From IMG/VR virus record IMGVR_UViG_3300031344_000002, positions 62,001 to 126,000 of that record: DNA of 64,000 nt; one strand, written 5' to 3'. Of this stretch, positions 49,646 to 59,424 are shown one piece after another. The notes under the pieces are model-generated. The model did no database searches. It worked only from the letters and a program-made list of their open reading frames with translations, and was not told where the DNA came from. The number at the start of each line of letters is the position of its first letter. Within the stretch, counting starts at the first letter, position 1. A program made the translations under genes and the position numbers.

Positions 49646-50173
49646 ATGGTTAAAAAAAGCAATAATTTAATAAAATTGGCAAAAGATAAAAAACCAAAAG
49701 ATAGTAAAATATCTACGCCAGAAAAAGATGAAAAAATAATAATCAGTCCTGAAGAGGAACGTGATTTAAAGGCAAAAGCGAAAGTTGAAGAACTATTACA
49801 AGATGTACAATTAACATCAGAAAAAAAAGAAGAAGAATTACTTGAAGTTGATGAAGAACCAAAAGGAATTGAATGGCTTGAAGAACAAATTCAATTACTT
49901 TCAGATGCGAATGAAAATCTTAAAGCAGAATTAATACTTACAAAAGAAGATTATTCGAAAATTTTTGAAGAAAATCAACGACTTAAAGATGGTGTTGGTG
50001 ACGGTGCAATAAAATTAAAAGTAATTGAATTATTTAATGAAATACAAAATAATCATCTTCAATTAGGTAGTGACCCAATAACAAATATTGGTAATTTTAG
50101 AATTTATTGTCCGGGCTTCTTAAATCGTTTAATATTATTCTTCCCATTTTTGGAAAGTGTTAGAAAATATTAA
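49646..50173 (+). CDS. Hypothetical coiled-coil protein
   Basis: 175 aa, E/K/L heptads. Confidence 0.5.
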   Translation: MVKKSNNLIKLAKDKKPKDSKISTPEKDEKIIISPEEERDLKAKAKVEELLQDVQLTSEKKEEELLEVDEEPKGIEWLEEQIQLLSDANENLKAELILTKEDYSKIFEENQRLKDGVGDGAIKLKVIELFNEIQNNHLQLGSDPITNIGNFRIYCPGFLNRLILFFPFLESVRKY

Positions 50174-50213
50174 ATAGTTAATATAAATAACCGAATTTTT
50201 AAATATAATAATT

Positions 50214-50627
50214 ATGAAAACATTTAACAATGATTTTATCGAAACAATCGATAATAAATACAATAAAGGAAAAAAGTCTAAAGAAAATCCATTAAAAAGA
50301 TGGAAAAGAATTGGTTTATTGAAAGATTTACCTGAAAATAGAATGGAAATGATGGCAAATTCATTTGAATATCTTTTAAATTTATTGGAAGAAATTGAAG
50401 AGAAGAAACCTTCTAATGGAGATGCGAATTCTATAGCATTCCCAATAATAAGACGAATTGGTGGTGTTATTGATATTACTAATAATGATATAGTAAATAT
50501 TGTTAAAGAAATTAACGAGCAATATAAAGATTATAATACTTTTGATGAAAAATTATATGGGGATGATAAAGAACTTGCATTTTGTACAGAATATTCCGAA
50601 AAGAAAATAAAGGAATTAAAAAATTAA
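50214..50627 (+). CDS. Hypothetical protein
   Basis: 137-aa ORF in an operon. Confidence 0.5.
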   Translation: MKTFNNDFIETIDNKYNKGKKSKENPLKRWKRIGLLKDLPENRMEMMANSFEYLLNLLEEIEEKKPSNGDANSIAFPIIRRIGGVIDITNNDIVNIVKEINEQYKDYNTFDEKLYGDDKELAFCTEYSEKKIKELKN

Positions 50628-50629
50628 TT

Positions 50630-50842
50630 ATGTATATTGATAAAGAAAAATGGAATTATTTAATTGAAAAACATTATATTTCTATTTGTGATAGAAAACA
50701 CCCACCATTTAAACACACAATAGTAGAAATGGTTGAATGGTGGTATAAAATAATAAGAATACAAGGTGAAAAGGAAGCAGAATTAACAATTAAATCTATA
50801 ACTAATTGTAATGATAAAGGAATTTTTTATCATCCTGTTTAA
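50630..50842 (+). CDS. Small hypothetical protein
   Basis: Likely start is ATG 50630, just after the previous stop. Confidence 0.4.
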   Translation: MYIDKEKWNYLIEKHYISICDRKHPPFKHTIVEMVEWWYKIIRIQGEKEAELTIKSITNCNDKGIFYHPV

Positions 50843-50907
50843 ATAAAAAATATAATAATATGAGTAAAATAATATTTTAAAAACAAAAATAATTTCTTTA
50901 GTTTCTC

Positions 50908-50947
50908 AATTTGCCATAAATCCTTTGAATTATGGCAAATTTTTTTT
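50908..50947 (+). terminator. Perfect 12-bp inverted repeat plus T-run, overlapping the primase promoter
   Basis: aatttgccataa (50908-50919) and ttatggcaaatt (50930-50941). Confidence 0.55.
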
Positions 50948-50954
50948 ATATTTG
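50924..50954 (+). promoter_or_regulatory. Bacteroidota-type host sigma70 promoter
   Basis: TTTG at 50924-50927, 19-nt spacer, TATATTTG at 50947-50954. Confidence 0.7.
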
Positions 50955-50959
50955 CATCT

Positions 50960-52024
50960 ATGAATAATTATCGTGGTCAAGAATTTTATAGTATAATTCA
51001 AAATATATTCGGTGACGTTCATGGAACTGGACCACAATTTCAGGTAGAATGTCCTATCTGTCAAGATAATAAATTTAATCTTGAAATAAATACGGCAAAA
51101 GGTAAGGGCATATTTAAATGTTGGTCGTGCCAGTCACCACCCTTCAGTGGTTCACTTTCTAAACTAATTTATTTATACGGGTCCAAATCAGACTATGCAC
51201 TCTATAAGTCATATGCAAGTATTTATAGTAATTATTCATATGAAAATAATAATGATGAACAAGAATATGTACAGGTTAAACTTCCAAGTGAAATGATATT
51301 ATTTTCTAAAATTGAAGAAGGAAATCCTGAACATTTTGAAGCATATAATTATCTTATTAATGAAAGAAAAATAAGTCGAGAACTTTTTTTAAAATATCGG
51401 TTTGGTTTTTGTACCACTGGAAAATATGCCAAGAGAATAATAGTCCCGTCTTATGATATGACTGGTGATGTGAATTATTTTATTTCACGTAGTTATGATT
51501 CAAAAGAAAAAAGAAAATATTTAAATCCTGTTGCAGATAAAAATAAAATCATTTTTAATGAAGGTTTTATTAATTGGGACTCAACCGTTTTTTTATGTGA
51601 AGGTGTTTTTGATGCATTTTCATTACCCAATGCAATTCCATTATTAGGAAAAACATTATCAATAACACTTTTTAATAAACTAAATGAATTAAAACCAAAT
51701 ATAATTGTTTTATTAGACCCTGACGCAATAAAAAATGCAATAAATTTATATCAAACATTACATACTATTTATGTTGGTTGTGAAGATAGAATTAGAATTG
51801 TCGAATTACCAATAAAAGAAGATATCGATAGACTTAGAAAAGATTATGGAATTGAAAAAGTAATTGAAACGCTGTATACTGCAAGAAAACTAAATAATAA
51901 TGATTGTTTTATAAATAAATTAACTAAACCTTATGATAATAGCAGTAGAGCAGGAAAAGGAAGATATGATTCTTATTCAAAATACTTTGAATGGAAATCC
52001 ACAAGCGCAAGAAAAACTATATAA
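50960..52024 (+). CDS. DNA primase (DnaG-type, Zn finger plus TOPRIM)
   Basis: CPIC...KCWSC, EGVFDA and LLDPDA. Confidence 0.88.
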   Translation: MNNYRGQEFYSIIQNIFGDVHGTGPQFQVECPICQDNKFNLEINTAKGKGIFKCWSCQSPPFSGSLSKLIYLYGSKSDYALYKSYASIYSNYSYENNNDEQEYVQVKLPSEMILFSKIEEGNPEHFEAYNYLINERKISRELFLKYRFGFCTTGKYAKRIIVPSYDMTGDVNYFISRSYDSKEKRKYLNPVADKNKIIFNEGFINWDSTVFLCEGVFDAFSLPNAIPLLGKTLSITLFNKLNELKPNIIVLLDPDAIKNAINLYQTLHTIYVGCEDRIRIVELPIKEDIDRLRKDYGIEKVIETLYTARKLNNNDCFINKLTKPYDNSSRAGKGRYDSYSKYFEWKSTSARKTI

Positions 52025-52544
52025 TAAATATAAAAAACTTATTATGAATTTCTTAAAAGCTAAATATTCACAAAGTGATATTGATGATGTATCAGAAATA
52101 ATGATTAAAATTTTTATAAATTTAAAATTGTTCGATAATACAAAATCAAAATTTAGCTCATGGGTATTTAGCATTGCTAAAAATTATATGATAGATAAAT
52201 GGCGTAGCAATGCCACATTTAGTGCTGAAAATATTAATTATATAACAACAAATGATTGTATATCTACATCAAATAATAGTAATTATATTACATCAACAAA
52301 TATAAATAATCTCGAATTTATTACAAATTATAACATGGAATTTGAGAATAATAACTCAATAAATTATATTTCAAAACAATTATCACCTGAAGAATTTACT
52401 TTACTTGATATGAAATATGTTCAGGGATATGATTATTGTGAAATTGGAAAAGAATTTAATGTTTCAAGTTCTACAATTAGCAATAGAGTCAATTATATTA
52501 AAACTAAACTCAAAAAAAACAATCCAGAGATAATTTATGATTAA
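51933..52544 (+). CDS. Phage RNA polymerase sigma factor (ECF/sigma70-like); start uncertain (51933 or 51966)
   Basis: LYNKYKKLI, FSSWVFSIAKNYMIDKWR (region 2) and region 4 HTH GYDYCEIGKEFNVSSSTISNRV. Confidence 0.8.
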   Translation: MIIAVEQEKEDMILIQNTLNGNPQAQEKLYNKYKKLIMNFLKAKYSQSDIDDVSEIMIKIFINLKLFDNTKSKFSSWVFSIAKNYMIDKWRSNATFSAENINYITTNDCISTSNNSNYITSTNINNLEFITNYNMEFENNNSINYISKQLSPEEFTLLDMKYVQGYDYCEIGKEFNVSSSTISNRVNYIKTKLKKNNPEIIYD

Positions 52545-52548
52545 ATCA

Positions 52549-52558
52549 AGTATTTATA
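52549..52558 (+). promoter_or_regulatory. Putative late promoter motif AGTATTTATA
   Basis: 16 nt upstream of ATG 52575. Confidence 0.65.
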
Positions 52559-52574
52559 AAAAATATTTGATATC

Positions 52575-53939
52575 ATGAAAAGAGGTATTTTTGAGTATGT
52601 TAATTTACAAAAGCAAAATCTTACCAGTAAAGAAGGTAAACCATATGTGAGATATATTGTAGTTTCTGATATAAATCTTGAAACAAAAAAAGTAAAAGAA
52701 AAATTAGCATCACTTGGTTTTCGATGGAATGGCAAAGAATGGTGGATATTTGGAAGTAATTTAACGCAAGAAATTCTTAATGCTTTAAAATCAATCAATG
52801 CTGAATTAGAAACACAAGGTGGTCAAACAGGTAATCTTCAGGATTTTCTTACACAATTAGAAAATCTAAAATCGGAAGTACAAAAATCAAATATGCCATC
52901 TAAAACAAAATCTGAACTCGAAACAAAAATTGAACAATATGTTGAAGATATTGCAAATGCAACTGATGAAAAAGCTGCTTCTGCTGAATTTCAAAAATTT
53001 TTAGACTTTTCACATAAATTTCATAATTATAGTTTTAGCAATATTATGTTAATCTATTTACAGGATTCAAAAGCATCTAAAGTTGCTGGTGAAGGTACTT
53101 GGAATAGAAAATTTAAAAGGCAAGTTATTGATAAAACAAAAGCAATTACTATTTGGTGTGGTAATAAATTTTATAAAAAATCTGATGGTAAATTAGCACA
53201 ATATACATTAGACCAACAAAAAAAAGATAGTGAATACATTAAAAAAGTTGAAGCTGGCGAAGCACCAACGAATAAAAATGAATTAGATGCAATTAAATCA
53301 AGAAAACAAATAGTTCATATAAAATACGACCCATGTATTGTTTATGATATTACAAATACATCTGGTGAACCAGTTCCAGAAGAACTAAATTGGAAAGGTG
53401 CTTATGATGACCGTGCAGATGCAAAAGCATTATTTATAATTTCTAAAAAAAGTCTTGAAAATATGGGAATTAAAGTAACTCAAAATCCTTCAAGTGGTGG
53501 TGAGGGTGGTTGGAGTAGTAAAGGTCATATAAATGTTAGTCAAGATGCAACAGGTAGTGGTGCAGCATCAACTATTTTTCATGAATGGGCACATGATTTA
53601 TTACATCATGAAGGTGGAAAATTTTATGATAAAGCAATGGATTATTTTCAAAAGAAAGGTGATTTAAATTATTCTGAAGTAAAACAAATAAGAGAAATTC
53701 AAGCAGAAACAATATCTGCAGTTCTTTGTAGATATTATGGATTACCTTCAGAGCATCATCCCACATATATGGCATTATGGCAAGCACAAGGTAAATTAAG
53801 CAGTAAACAATTAATAAAAGAAAATATTTCAACTGTTACTGATGTAAGCAATTTTATTATACATCAAGTTGATATTAATAGGGATGAATTTGATAAAGCA
53901 AGAGTGGAAATGCAACAACAAGTGCAACCAGAACAATAA
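52575..53939 (+). CDS. ArdC-like anti-restriction protein (ssDNA-binding N domain plus zincin-like metallopeptidase)
   Basis: FHNYSFSNIMLIYLQ...VAG..TW; HEWAH...H...E.QAE..SA.LC.YYGL. Confidence 0.75.
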   Translation: MKRGIFEYVNLQKQNLTSKEGKPYVRYIVVSDINLETKKVKEKLASLGFRWNGKEWWIFGSNLTQEILNALKSINAELETQGGQTGNLQDFLTQLENLKSEVQKSNMPSKTKSELETKIEQYVEDIANATDEKAASAEFQKFLDFSHKFHNYSFSNIMLIYLQDSKASKVAGEGTWNRKFKRQVIDKTKAITIWCGNKFYKKSDGKLAQYTLDQQKKDSEYIKKVEAGEAPTNKNELDAIKSRKQIVHIKYDPCIVYDITNTSGEPVPEELNWKGAYDDRADAKALFIISKKSLENMGIKVTQNPSSGGEGGWSSKGHINVSQDATGSGAASTIFHEWAHDLLHHEGGKFYDKAMDYFQKKGDLNYSEVKQIREIQAETISAVLCRYYGLPSEHHPTYMALWQAQGKLSSKQLIKENISTVTDVSNFIIHQVDINRDEFDKARVEMQQQVQPEQ

Positions 53940-53992
53940 TATATTCATTAGTTAAATACCATAATATAAAATTTTAACAGTTTTAAAAAATC

Positions 53993-54024
53993 CTTGCATT
54001 ATACATAGGGTTTCAATATATTTG
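53993..54024 (+). promoter_or_regulatory. Bacteroidota-type host sigma70 promoter
   Basis: cTTG at 53993-53996, 20-nt spacer, TATATTTG at 54017-54024. Confidence 0.65.
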
Positions 54025-54055
54025 TAAAAATAATTTTATGTAATTTAATTATGAA

Positions 54056-57000
54056 ATGATTCAAAAAATTGCTCATTTAAGCGACATTCATATCCGCAAA
54101 ACTCCTACAAGAAATGAAGAATATACAAAAGTCTTTGAAAATTTAATAAAATCACTAACTGAAAATAAACCTGATAGAATTGCCATTGTTGGTGACTTAG
54201 TGCATGATTATCTTGATTTACAAGGTGAACAACTAATTATGGCAAATAAATTTTTAAATGATTTGGCTGCAATAGCACCAGTAAGAATAACTAGAGGTAA
54301 TCACGATTGTCGTAAAAAGAATTTAAAACGTGTCGATAGTATCGAAGCCATAGTAAAAACATTAAATAATCCAAATGTTATTTATTATGATAAAACAGGT
54401 TTTTATGATGATGAAAATATAACGTGGGTAGTTTGGCATCATGGTGATAATAAAAATAATCCTTGGAAAATCAAGCAAGGTAAACAAATTGAAATTGATA
54501 GGAAAAGTAATAAGAGAATTTATATTGACCTTTTTCATGACCCAATAATTGGTTGTAAATCTACGACTGGTTTTGAAATGAAAAGTAAATCATATTATAA
54601 AATTACAGATTTTAAAGGCGATTTTTCGATGTTTGGTGATATTCATTGTATGCAATTTTTAGATAAAAATAAAACTAAAGTATATTCAGGAAGTCTTTTG
54701 GCACAAGATGTTACAGAGGGAGATTCTTCCTTTCATGGATATTTATTATGGGATGTTATAAATAAAACAGCACAAGAAATTTCAATACATAATGATTATT
54801 CGTTTAAAAATATAAAAATTACGCCATATACTGATTTTGATAATTTGGATTTCGAAATTGAAAATCCAACTAAATATATGAAAGTTAGATTTATTTGGGG
54901 TACTTTACCACAAACACGTACAAAAGAGAATGAAAGAAAGATAATTGAATATTTAAAATCTAAATATAAAAATATTATTATTTCACATAAAAATGAATTT
55001 CTTGAAAATGAAAAAATTGATGTAAATGAAAGCATTACTCTGCAGAATATAACGGATAAAGCAGTACAACAAGAAATATTTAAAGAATATTTAACAAAAA
55101 TTGGTGCTGATGAACAATTAATAACCGATGTGTTTGCACTAGATGAAGAAATCCTCAATGAAATAGAAATAAATATAGACCAAAGTATTGAATGGGATAT
55201 AATTAAATTTGGTGGTAAAAATTTTATGTCATATGAAACAATGGATATTGATTGGCGTAATATGGATGGTTTGTTTCAAATAACTGGAATAAATACCGCA
55301 GGTAAAACAACAATTATGAAAATTTTATCATATGTTTTATTTGGTAAAACTTTAGAAACAGAAACTCGCATGAAATATGGTGATATGCGTTTTGTTAATA
55401 ATAGGAATAATGCAAGTTTTTGTGAAGCCTATCTTGTAATTGAAGCTAATGGTGAATATTTTGGAATTAAAAAGAAAACGGAAATTATAAAAAATAAAAG
55501 TGGTGAAATTACTAGTACACCGACCACATTAAATTATTATATACTTGCAACTCCTGATGATGAAATGAATGATGAAACATCAATAGGAAAACTTGACGAA
55601 GACCGTAGAATAAAAACTCAAAAGAAATTTGAAGCAATTATTGGTACATATGATAATTTTATGCGTATTGTTATGACAACTAGTGATACACTTAATAGAA
55701 TATTATCAAATGATATGTCTACATTTATTGACAGTTTACTTTATGATAGCGGATTGGATATTTTTGACAAAAAACTTGAAGGTTTTAAAATATATCAAAA
55801 AAGAGTAAATGAAAAACCAAGAGTTACTTGTAATATTGAATTTACTAATGTGGAAAATGCAAGATTACAACAAGAAATTGTTGCACTTGAAGGAGAAATA
55901 ACTCAAATAGAAACAGTGAAACTTCCTGATATTCAAAATCGAATTGAAATTGGTAGAAAATATGTAGAAGACTTATCAAAGAAATTATATAAAATAGACT
56001 CAGAAATTTACAATCTGGACGTAGATAATGCACGTGAGGATATAAGTGCCAACAAAAAGAATATTGTTGAAATAAAGGCACAAGAAATGATTTTAAAACA
56101 AAGTATCATACCATTGAAAGAAACATATGATATTGAAAGACTAAAAATTCTTCTTGAAAAAAAAGAATTTCATAAAACTAATGAATATAATAAAAAATTA
56201 GACATTAAAAATCTTGAACGGCTAAAATCCGAAGAAGAACATAAAATTGAAATAATTAATGGCGATATTTTTAAATTAAAACAAGATGGTGTTAAATTAA
56301 AAAAAGAAATTACTGATTTAAAAAATAGTAAAATCTGTAGTCAATGTGGACAAGTTATTGAAAAACAAGAACATAAAGACCATATTGAAAAAACGGTTAA
56401 AGAAAAAGAAAAAGAAATGTATATTATTGCAGATAAAATTAATGTAAAACAAACTGTTGGTATACAAGAACATCAAATAATAATCAATGCAAAAGCTAAT
56501 GAAATTAAAAAAATAAATGAAAGTATTAGGCAATCTGCATTAGAAATGGAAGAAATTCTTAAAGAAATTGGAACACTTACTAATGAAAAAAATGATGTCG
56601 AAAAACGTAAGGAATTACAAATTGAATTAGACCAAATTCCAATAAAAATTCAAAATGAAGAACTAAAAATTAATATTCTTGAACAAAAGATAACAAGTCA
56701 TGAAAATAGTTTACTTCAAATTGAAGAAAATAAAAAGATTGAAAAAGGTATTGCTACAGCTAAATTAAAATTAGGTGAACTTGAAATTGAAAAAACCGAT
56801 GAGAATGAAAATGTATATATTAGAAAAACAAATATTGGTGAAAAACAACTAAAGACTAAAAATAATGAAATACTTATTACTGAATTCAAAACACAAGAAT
56901 ATCGTGATACTGTTATGAATCTTTATAAAAAATGTGTTCATCGTGATGGTATACCAAGGCAAATGTTAAGTAATTATATTATACCAAAAATTAATTTGGC

Positions 57001-57388
57001 TTTGGAAGAAGCATTATCTGTTGCACAATTCAAAGTATGGCTTGATACTGATGATTTAAGACCAAAATTGGTATATGATTGTAGACCAACAGCAATCATT
57101 GATTGTATTAGTGCAAGTGGTAAAGAAAGAACTTTTTCAAGTATTGTATTAAAATCTGCATTAAATCAAATTAATATAAAAGCTAAACCGACAATGTTTT
57201 TACTTGATGAAGTTATGGGTAAATTGGATGAAGAAGGTAGTGTTGAAGAATTTATTGAAATATTACAAATAATTAAAAAGAATATGAAAAAAATGTTAGT
57301 TATTGAACAAAGAATAGATATTAATCCAGATTATTTAATTAATGTACAATTAAATGAAGATGGAATTTCATCACTTACATTAGAATAA
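54056..57388 (+). CDS. Fused Mre11/SbcD nuclease and Rad50/SbcC ATPase (gp47-gp46-like)
   Basis: SDIH, GDLVH, GNHD, GDIH; Walker A GINTAGKTT; Zn hook CSQC; signature SASGKE; Walker B FLLDE. Confidence 0.88.
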   Translation: MIQKIAHLSDIHIRKTPTRNEEYTKVFENLIKSLTENKPDRIAIVGDLVHDYLDLQGEQLIMANKFLNDLAAIAPVRITRGNHDCRKKNLKRVDSIEAIVKTLNNPNVIYYDKTGFYDDENITWVVWHHGDNKNNPWKIKQGKQIEIDRKSNKRIYIDLFHDPIIGCKSTTGFEMKSKSYYKITDFKGDFSMFGDIHCMQFLDKNKTKVYSGSLLAQDVTEGDSSFHGYLLWDVINKTAQEISIHNDYSFKNIKITPYTDFDNLDFEIENPTKYMKVRFIWGTLPQTRTKENERKIIEYLKSKYKNIIISHKNEFLENEKIDVNESITLQNITDKAVQQEIFKEYLTKIGADEQLITDVFALDEEILNEIEINIDQSIEWDIIKFGGKNFMSYETMDIDWRNMDGLFQITGINTAGKTTIMKILSYVLFGKTLETETRMKYGDMRFVNNRNNASFCEAYLVIEANGEYFGIKKKTEIIKNKSGEITSTPTTLNYYILATPDDEMNDETSIGKLDEDRRIKTQKKFEAIIGTYDNFMRIVMTTSDTLNRILSNDMSTFIDSLLYDSGLDIFDKKLEGFKIYQKRVNEKPRVTCNIEFTNVENARLQQEIVALEGEITQIETVKLPDIQNRIEIGRKYVEDLSKKLYKIDSEIYNLDVDNAREDISANKKNIVEIKAQEMILKQSIIPLKETYDIERLKILLEKKEFHKTNEYNKKLDIKNLERLKSEEEHKIEIINGDIFKLKQDGVKLKKEITDLKNSKICSQCGQVIEKQEHKDHIEKTVKEKEKEMYIIADKINVKQTVGIQEHQIIINAKANEIKKINESIRQSALEMEEILKEIGTLTNEKNDVEKRKELQIELDQIPIKIQNEELKINILEQKITSHENSLLQIEENKKIEKGIATAKLKLGELEIEKTDENENVYIRKTNIGEKQLKTKNNEILITEFKTQEYRDTVMNLYKKCVHRDGIPRQMLSNYIIPKINLALEEALSVAQFKVWLDTDDLRPKLVYDCRPTAIIDCISASGKERTFSSIVLKSALNQINIKAKPTMFLLDEVMGKLDEEGSVEEFIEILQIIKKNMKKMLVIEQRIDINPDYLINVQLNEDGISSLTLE

Positions 57389-57402
57389 AAATATATTATA
57401 AA

Positions 57403-57411
57403 ACTATTTAT
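57403..57411 (+). promoter_or_regulatory. Putative late promoter motif ACTATTTAT
   Basis: 15 nt upstream of ATG 57427. Confidence 0.45.
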
Positions 57412-57426
57412 GGATAAACTGTAGAT

Positions 57427-58578
57427 ATGGATTTAAAAAAATACGATGAATTAAGAAAAAAGATTAACACTAAAGACTTTGAAGGTAATAATAAAGGTCT
57501 TGATAAATGGTTATATTTATTTTCTTTTATTGGAAATGCTGGTTCAATATTCTTTTCATACTTTCTTGTATATCCGGGATTATTAAAAGCAATTACAATT
57601 AATTTAATTGGTGGTATATGGGCAAGTATTTTTGCATTTACTTTTACAATAATATTTCTTGTTATTTTCGAAGTAATTAAACGATATTTAATTAAAAGTT
57701 TTTCAACAGATTTTGTTTCAAATAAAAAGAAAATTAAAGCAAGTATTGTTGGTTGGTTAATAATATCAGTCTCAATTATTTTATTAAGTTTTTATTTATC
57801 AATAATTGGTTCAAAAAATTTAGCATCAACAAGTACATATAAAGATAATGTTATTGAAAATAAAACAACAAATATAACTGATAGTTTATCAATATTATAT
57901 GAAAAGAAAAAGAAAACATATGAGGATGACAATACAATTTTAAGAATGATTAATAATGATTTACGTCAAAAATTAACAGAAACTCCTGTTACATATATAT
58001 CAATTAGAAATCAATATCAGGCAAATATTGATAAAAATGTAAAAATTATTGAAAATAATCAAAAAGAGGTGGATAAAATTGAAGATAAATTATCTCAAAA
58101 TGTTGTTGAATTAAAATCAAATCTTAGTGAAGTAAAAAATGTTAATAAGACAGAAGATGTACAAAATATTATTTTATTTGTGATTATTGCGTGTTTCTGC
58201 GAAATCATCATATTTTCAGGAGTATATTTTAGAGAATGGTTTGAGTACAACCTCTTTATTATCAATCAACAAAAATTTGAAAAAATATATACGAAAAAAG
58301 ATAGATATCGTTCATTATTGGCATTTATTTATAATGATGGTAAATCAACAACAGGTGATAAAGTAATAAGTGGTTTGGAATTAAAAGAATTGGTTGCTGA
58401 GAAAACTAGCATCCAAAATTCAAATAAATTTTTGGATGAATTTTTACATGATATGGATAGACTTGGAGTGTTCAATACTGTTGGCAAAAGAAGATTTATT
58501 GCTGTAACATATTATGAAGCAATGAATGTAATTGAAAGTTTTGATGATACATTGAGAATATTAGAAAATATGAAATAA
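57427..58578 (+). CDS. Multi-TM membrane protein with coiled-coil domain
   Basis: Three N-terminal hydrophobic segments, a coiled coil, then a further TM segment. Confidence 0.6.
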   Translation: MDLKKYDELRKKINTKDFEGNNKGLDKWLYLFSFIGNAGSIFFSYFLVYPGLLKAITINLIGGIWASIFAFTFTIIFLVIFEVIKRYLIKSFSTDFVSNKKKIKASIVGWLIISVSIILLSFYLSIIGSKNLASTSTYKDNVIENKTTNITDSLSILYEKKKKTYEDDNTILRMINNDLRQKLTETPVTYISIRNQYQANIDKNVKIIENNQKEVDKIEDKLSQNVVELKSNLSEVKNVNKTEDVQNIILFVIIACFCEIIIFSGVYFREWFEYNLFIINQQKFEKIYTKKDRYRSLLAFIYNDGKSTTGDKVISGLELKELVAEKTSIQNSNKFLDEFLHDMDRLGVFNTVGKRRFIAVTYYEAMNVIESFDDTLRILENMK

Positions 58579-58580
58579 TT

Positions 58581-58775
58581 ATGAAAGATATTGAAGCATA
58601 CGAAAAGGGTAAATTAATTAAGGAGGCATTAATGATTGTCAATAAACTTGCTGAATCAAATTTGGCAGATATTGATGGTGATTTTACAATTAAAGATTTT
58701 GATTATGAGGAATTACAAACTCTTATAATTCAGGCAAGAAAAATAAAGTCGAATCGTTGGTGGAAATTATTTTAA
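58581..58775 (+). CDS. Small hypothetical protein
   Basis: 64-aa ORF in an operon. Confidence 0.45.
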   Translation: MKDIEAYEKGKLIKEALMIVNKLAESNLADIDGDFTIKDFDYEELQTLIIQARKIKSNRWWKLF

Positions 58776-58778
58776 AAT

Positions 58779-58958
58779 ATGATTAGTCAAAGTGAAAATA
58801 TAATTGAACGTTTAAGAAAAGAAGGTAAATTGACTGAAATAATTATGACTTCAGAATTAATATCTGAATGGATGGAACAAATGGCAAAAATTAAAGAAGA
58901 ATTTAGAATAAAACAAAATAATTCTTGGCAAGCAGCTAAAGAAGTATGGTTAGATTAA
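58779..58958 (+). CDS. Small hypothetical protein (59 aa, not in the ORF track)
   Basis: MISQSENIIERLRKEGKL...KEVWLD fills the gap between neighbouring genes. Confidence 0.45.
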   Translation: MISQSENIIERLRKEGKLTEIIMTSELISEWMEQMAKIKEEFRIKQNNSWQAAKEVWLD

Positions 58959-58970
58959 TATAAATAAATT

Positions 58971-59423
58971 ATGAGTATAGATAAATGGGACTTAAGGTTT
59001 AATGAACTCTCCAAATTAGTTGGGTCTTGGTCTAAAGATGAGTCAACTAAAGTTGGTTCAGTAATCGTAAATTCTATAGATAAAAATCCAATATCTATGG
59101 GCTTTAACGGGTTTCCCACAAAAGTTGTAGAAAATTTACCCGAAAGGAACAAGCGTCCTGTAAAGTACTTATACACAGTGCATTCTGAGGCAAATGCATT
59201 AATTAATTGTGCAAAAAATAATCAAAAAAGTAAGGGTTGTACCATGTATGTTACATATTATCCGTGTTCAAATTGTGCTGGTTTAATTGTTAATGCAGGT
59301 ATTATTAGAATTGTTTGTGAAAACAAACCAGATTTTAATCATGAAAGATGGGGAGAAAGCTGGAAAATAGCACAAATAATATTTGATGAAGCAGGTGTTG
59401 AAGTTGAATATATAAACCAATAA
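58971..59423 (+). CDS. dCMP deaminase
   Basis: SKDESTKVG, GFNGFP, HSEANA and PCSNC zinc motifs. Confidence 0.88.
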   Translation: MSIDKWDLRFNELSKLVGSWSKDESTKVGSVIVNSIDKNPISMGFNGFPTKVVENLPERNKRPVKYLYTVHSEANALINCAKNNQKSKGCTMYVTYYPCSNCAGLIVNAGIIRIVCENKPDFNHERWGESWKIAQIIFDEAGVEVEYINQ

Positions 59424-59424
59424 A

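Noticed and set aside
51933-52024. Programmed frameshift linking primase and sigma
   Set aside because: The overlap is simply explained by an internal ATG start of the sigma gene; no slippery site with downstream structure was evident.
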